Source: Octopus bimaculoides (Eukaryota). From it: 54,598 nt of DNA. The DNA is taken from the NCBI RefSeq assembly GCF_001194135.2, contig NC_068981.1:103304297-103358894 (forward strand), read 5' to 3'. Each line of letters starts with the position of its first letter. Positions within the stretch are counted from its first letter, which is position 1. Below the pieces are notes generated by a model, which was not told the DNA's origin, ran no database searches, and saw only the letters and a program-made list of their open reading frames with translations. Both the position numbers and the translations under genes were made by a program. Positions 51,504 through 54,598 of this stretch are shown here, one piece after another.

Positions 51504-51736
51504 AGGCGCAGGAGTGGTTGTGTGGTAAGTAGCTTGCTTACCAGCCACATGGTTTGGGGTTCAGTTCCACTGCGTGGAACATTGGGCAAGTGTCTTCTAC
51601 TATAGCTTTGGGCCGACCAAAGCCTTGAGAGTGAGTTTGTTAGACGGAAGCTGAAAGAAGCCAGTCGTATGTGTGTGTGTGTGTGTGTGTGTGCGCGTGT
51701 GTGTGTGTTAGTGTGTGCGTATGTGTCTGTGTTTGT
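51504..51736 (+). mobile_element. tRNA-derived SINE, 3'-truncated at a rearrangement breakpoint
   Basis: aggcgcaggagtggttgtgtggtaag...gggttcagttccactgcgtgg...gggccgaccaaagcc. Confidence 0.85.
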
Positions 51737-52039
51737 GATGGAGGGTACGAGTAAGCACTGTCTGTCACTATATTGTTGCCTTTCGGTTCTAAATTGCGAA
51801 TAACCTTTTTAATAATATATATATATAAATGTTTTATCCTAACACCTTTTCTCTATCTTAATTTTTCCCGCCACCTCTACTTATAAATTTATTTTTATTG
51901 TTTGTGTTTCTAATGGTAAAAGATCTACGTCCGAAACGTCAAAACAATTTCCCTTTTTAAACCGATAAAACTGTTGTTAAAACTTGTCCTTCTCGTGGTG
52001 TCTTCTTTTTGTGCACTTTGCCTACATAATATGTATGCA

Positions 52040-52208
52040 TGTACGTATGAGCAAACTGACTCCAGAACTTATTCTTTGTAAGCTTAGTACTTATTTTATC
52101 GGTCTCTTTTGCTGAACCGCTAAGTTACGGGTACGTAAAGACACCAGTATCGGTTGTCAAACGATGTTGGGGACAAACACAGACACATACGCACACACTA
52201 ACACACAC

Positions 52209-52246
<38 letters not shown>

Positions 52247-52409
52247 GACTGGCTTCTTTCAGCTTCCGTCTAACAAACTCACTCTCAAAGCTTTGGTCGG
52301 CCCAAAGCTATAGTAGAAGACACTTGCCCAAGGTTCCACGCAGTGGAACTGAACCCCAAACCATGTGGCTGGTAAGCAAGCTACTTACCACACAACCACT
52401 CCTGCGCCT
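52040..52409 (-). mobile_element. Longer inverted twin of the SINE at 51504
   Basis: Near-identical reverse complement that continues into the family body and tail. Confidence 0.85.
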
Positions 52410-52995
52410 ATGTATGTATTTATGCATGTATGTATGTATGTATGTATGTACGCATGTGTGTGTATGTAAATATGTATGTATGCATGCGTGCATGTATATA
52501 TATATGTNNNNNNNNNNNNNNNNNNNNNNNNNNNNNNNNNNNNNNNNNNNNNNNNNNNNNNNNNNNNNNNNNNNNNNNNNNNNNNNNNNNNNNNNNNNNN
52601 NNNNNNNNNNNNNNNNNNNNNNNNNNNNNNNNNNNNNNNNNNNNNNNNNNNNNNNNNNNNNNNNNNNNNNNNNNNNNNNNNNNNNNNNNNNNNNNNNNNN
52701 NNNNNNNNNNNNNNNNNNNNNNNNNNNNNNNNNNNNNNNNNNNNNNNNNNNNNNNNNNNNNNNNNNNNNNNNNNNNNNNNNNNNNNNNNNNNNNNNNNNN
52801 NNNNNNNNNNNNNNNNNNNNNNNNNNNNNNNNNNNNNNNNNNNNNNNNNNNNNNNNNNNNNNNNNNNNNNNNNNNNNNNNNNNNNNNNNNNNNNNNNNNN
52901 NNNNNNNNNACCATTGATTTTTTTTCTTGCTCATTGTTTTCTTCCACAACTAATGTGTAGTAGAAAACGGACTCATCGATGTTGTTGTCCTTGTA

Positions 52996-53353
52996 CGAGG
53001 TGCGTTCAAAAAGCATCCGACTTTATTTTTGCCCGCCAAAACTAATGTCGCGTGAGCAAAGTCATTTGAGTTGAAAGTGATGCCACCCTTCCTGCGCATG
53101 AATGAAAATTTTCGTGCCGGTGGGCCGTGATACTTCTTTGCTGTTACGCCTAGAGTACAGATGTAGTGCTCGCTCGTTGAATTTAAGATGACCGAACACA
53201 TCAAGCAGAGACAATAAACCCATGTGTTATCACCAGTTATGATGGTCCTCGTGATGTCTGGGTCGTGTTTTGCATCGTTGAACATGTCCTCAACGATTTC
53301 CATGTGTAGTTGCTTCTGCTGCTCCACGAATCCTTGGGGCCATATTTCACCGA
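52996..53353 (+). mobile_element. Rearranged mariner (family 2), copy B
   Basis: Reverse-complement twin of 50688-51045 with a few substitutions. Confidence 0.85.
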
Positions 53354-53705
53354 GTTCTCTCCAGCGTTGTTTGTCCCTCATCATCGCCGCCGTGTTCTGT
53401 TATCTCCCAGAGATCAGTGTCGATCTCTCTCTTCTAGTGTGTCCGTGTAGGGCCTCCCACATGAGTGCAGAATTAACTCTGAATGACGGTAGGCATGTCC
53501 AGTTAACCTCATTCTCCTCTGTGTTATTTTCAAACTAACTTTTGGGAGGCTCTCGTTCAGCTCTGAGTTCTTCATCCTCAGTGTATACTGATTAATAATC
53601 AGAGTCATCCTCAGCATTCTCTTGTAGCTCCCTTCCACCATCTGATTAAGTTTCTTGGTCAGTGTCCAAGTCTCAGACCCGTACAACAGTACATACTCTC
53701 CTGGG
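53352..53705 (-). mobile_element. RTE-clade LINE 3' fragment
   Basis: VLLYGSETWTLTKKL...RRMRLTGHAYRH...MMRDKQRWREL. Confidence 0.85.
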
Positions 53706-53935
53706 AATGACAATAAACTGCATTCAATGGCAAGGCTCCAGTTCAGGAGTTCCGTAGCTGTGGGGAATGTGGAGTTACCCCTTCGTTGTCATTACTCCCA
53801 GGTCTTCTGTGGCCCGAAGTAGTAGTACCTTTTACGGCCCCATTTATGGATAAAATAATGTCCTTACTCGAGTGGCGCCGGTAAGGTATTATCAGCCATT
53901 AAAAAGAACCACACACACACACATACACATATATA

Positions 53936-54260
53936 TCTTCTATATATATAAAAATGAGAATGTGTGTCTGTCTGTCTGTCTGTGTGTGTGTGTGAATCCC
54001 TAAAACTCGAGAACTACGCAACCAATTTCATTCAAATTTTACACATGTCTTACTTAGGGTTCCAGTTGTGTTTTAGTCAAAGAAAATGTTTTAACTTCTT
54101 GCAGAGTTCGAGCCCACGGCAACATAATATCTCCTCCACTATTTAAGTATTACGTGTCAAAAGTGAAACAAAAACACTCATGTCAAATACTTTCACTTTA
54201 AAAATGAAACTATTCCTTGGGGAAACAATCACATTTCGATACTGTAGTGACAGATACTTT
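53936..54260 (+). mobile_element. Probable non-autonomous Helitron 5' end
   Basis: A|TCTTCTATATATATAAAAATG...(TGTC)n...CTAAAACTCGAGAACTACGCAACCAATTTCATTCAAATTTT: the TC start, TA-rich head and microsatellite layout of invertebrate Helitron-N elements. Confidence 0.6.
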
Positions 54261-54598
54261 CACAGAGAGAAAGAGAGAAAGAGAGAGACAGAAAGAGAGA
54301 GAGAGAGATGTATATGTATACATATAGATGTATATGTACACGTATATGTATAGATATATATATATATATATATAGATAGATAGATAGATATAGATCTATA
54401 TGCATACATGTATATGGATACATATGTGTAGATGTATATATATATAGATGTACATGTAATATGTACACATATATACATATATATACATGCATACACATAT
54501 CTATACATATATACACCCATGACACACATACACATGCACACAAACACACACATTAGTCATTTGTTTTCTTATCCAAAACTACGTCAAAAGTACTGAAT

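Noticed and set aside
51905-51946. CTAATGG...GAAACGTC hammerhead-like string
   Set aside because: Two core mismatches, no stem II and only 3 bp of stem I

Overview
AT-rich, gap-ridden eukaryotic draft-assembly window that is almost entirely intronic or intergenic repeat landscape. The SINE and microsatellite content points to an octopus (coleoid cephalopod) genome; this is inference from repeat families, not a search. No intact protein-coding gene is supported, and nearly all ORF-track entries are microsatellite or N-gap artefacts. Recognisable content: two full-length but dead IS630-Tc1-mariner elements (a DD36E Tc1-like element at 8627-9915 with a deleted sister copy at 20413-21115, and a DD34D mariner at 38495-39783), further mariner and maT-like fragments, RTE, CR1/L2 and R4/Dong-clade LINE fragments (two near-identical Dong-like copies sit inside (TAA)n), many tRNA-derived SINEs, Helitron-like ends and one credible 54-nt internal exon (21392-21445). 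The most unusual signal is a recurring architecture. At least three unrelated foldback elements (5057-5432, 28389-28977, 49402-49766) carry a type I hammerhead ribozyme motif in each arm, always pointing away from the centre, and a solitary hammerhead lies at 22252-22296. One family couples a tRNA-like Pol III promoter to the ribozyme, like a SINE/retrozyme hybrid. Near the right end, a ~1.1 kb inverted duplication with a split RTE tail records a staggered-break micro-inversion.
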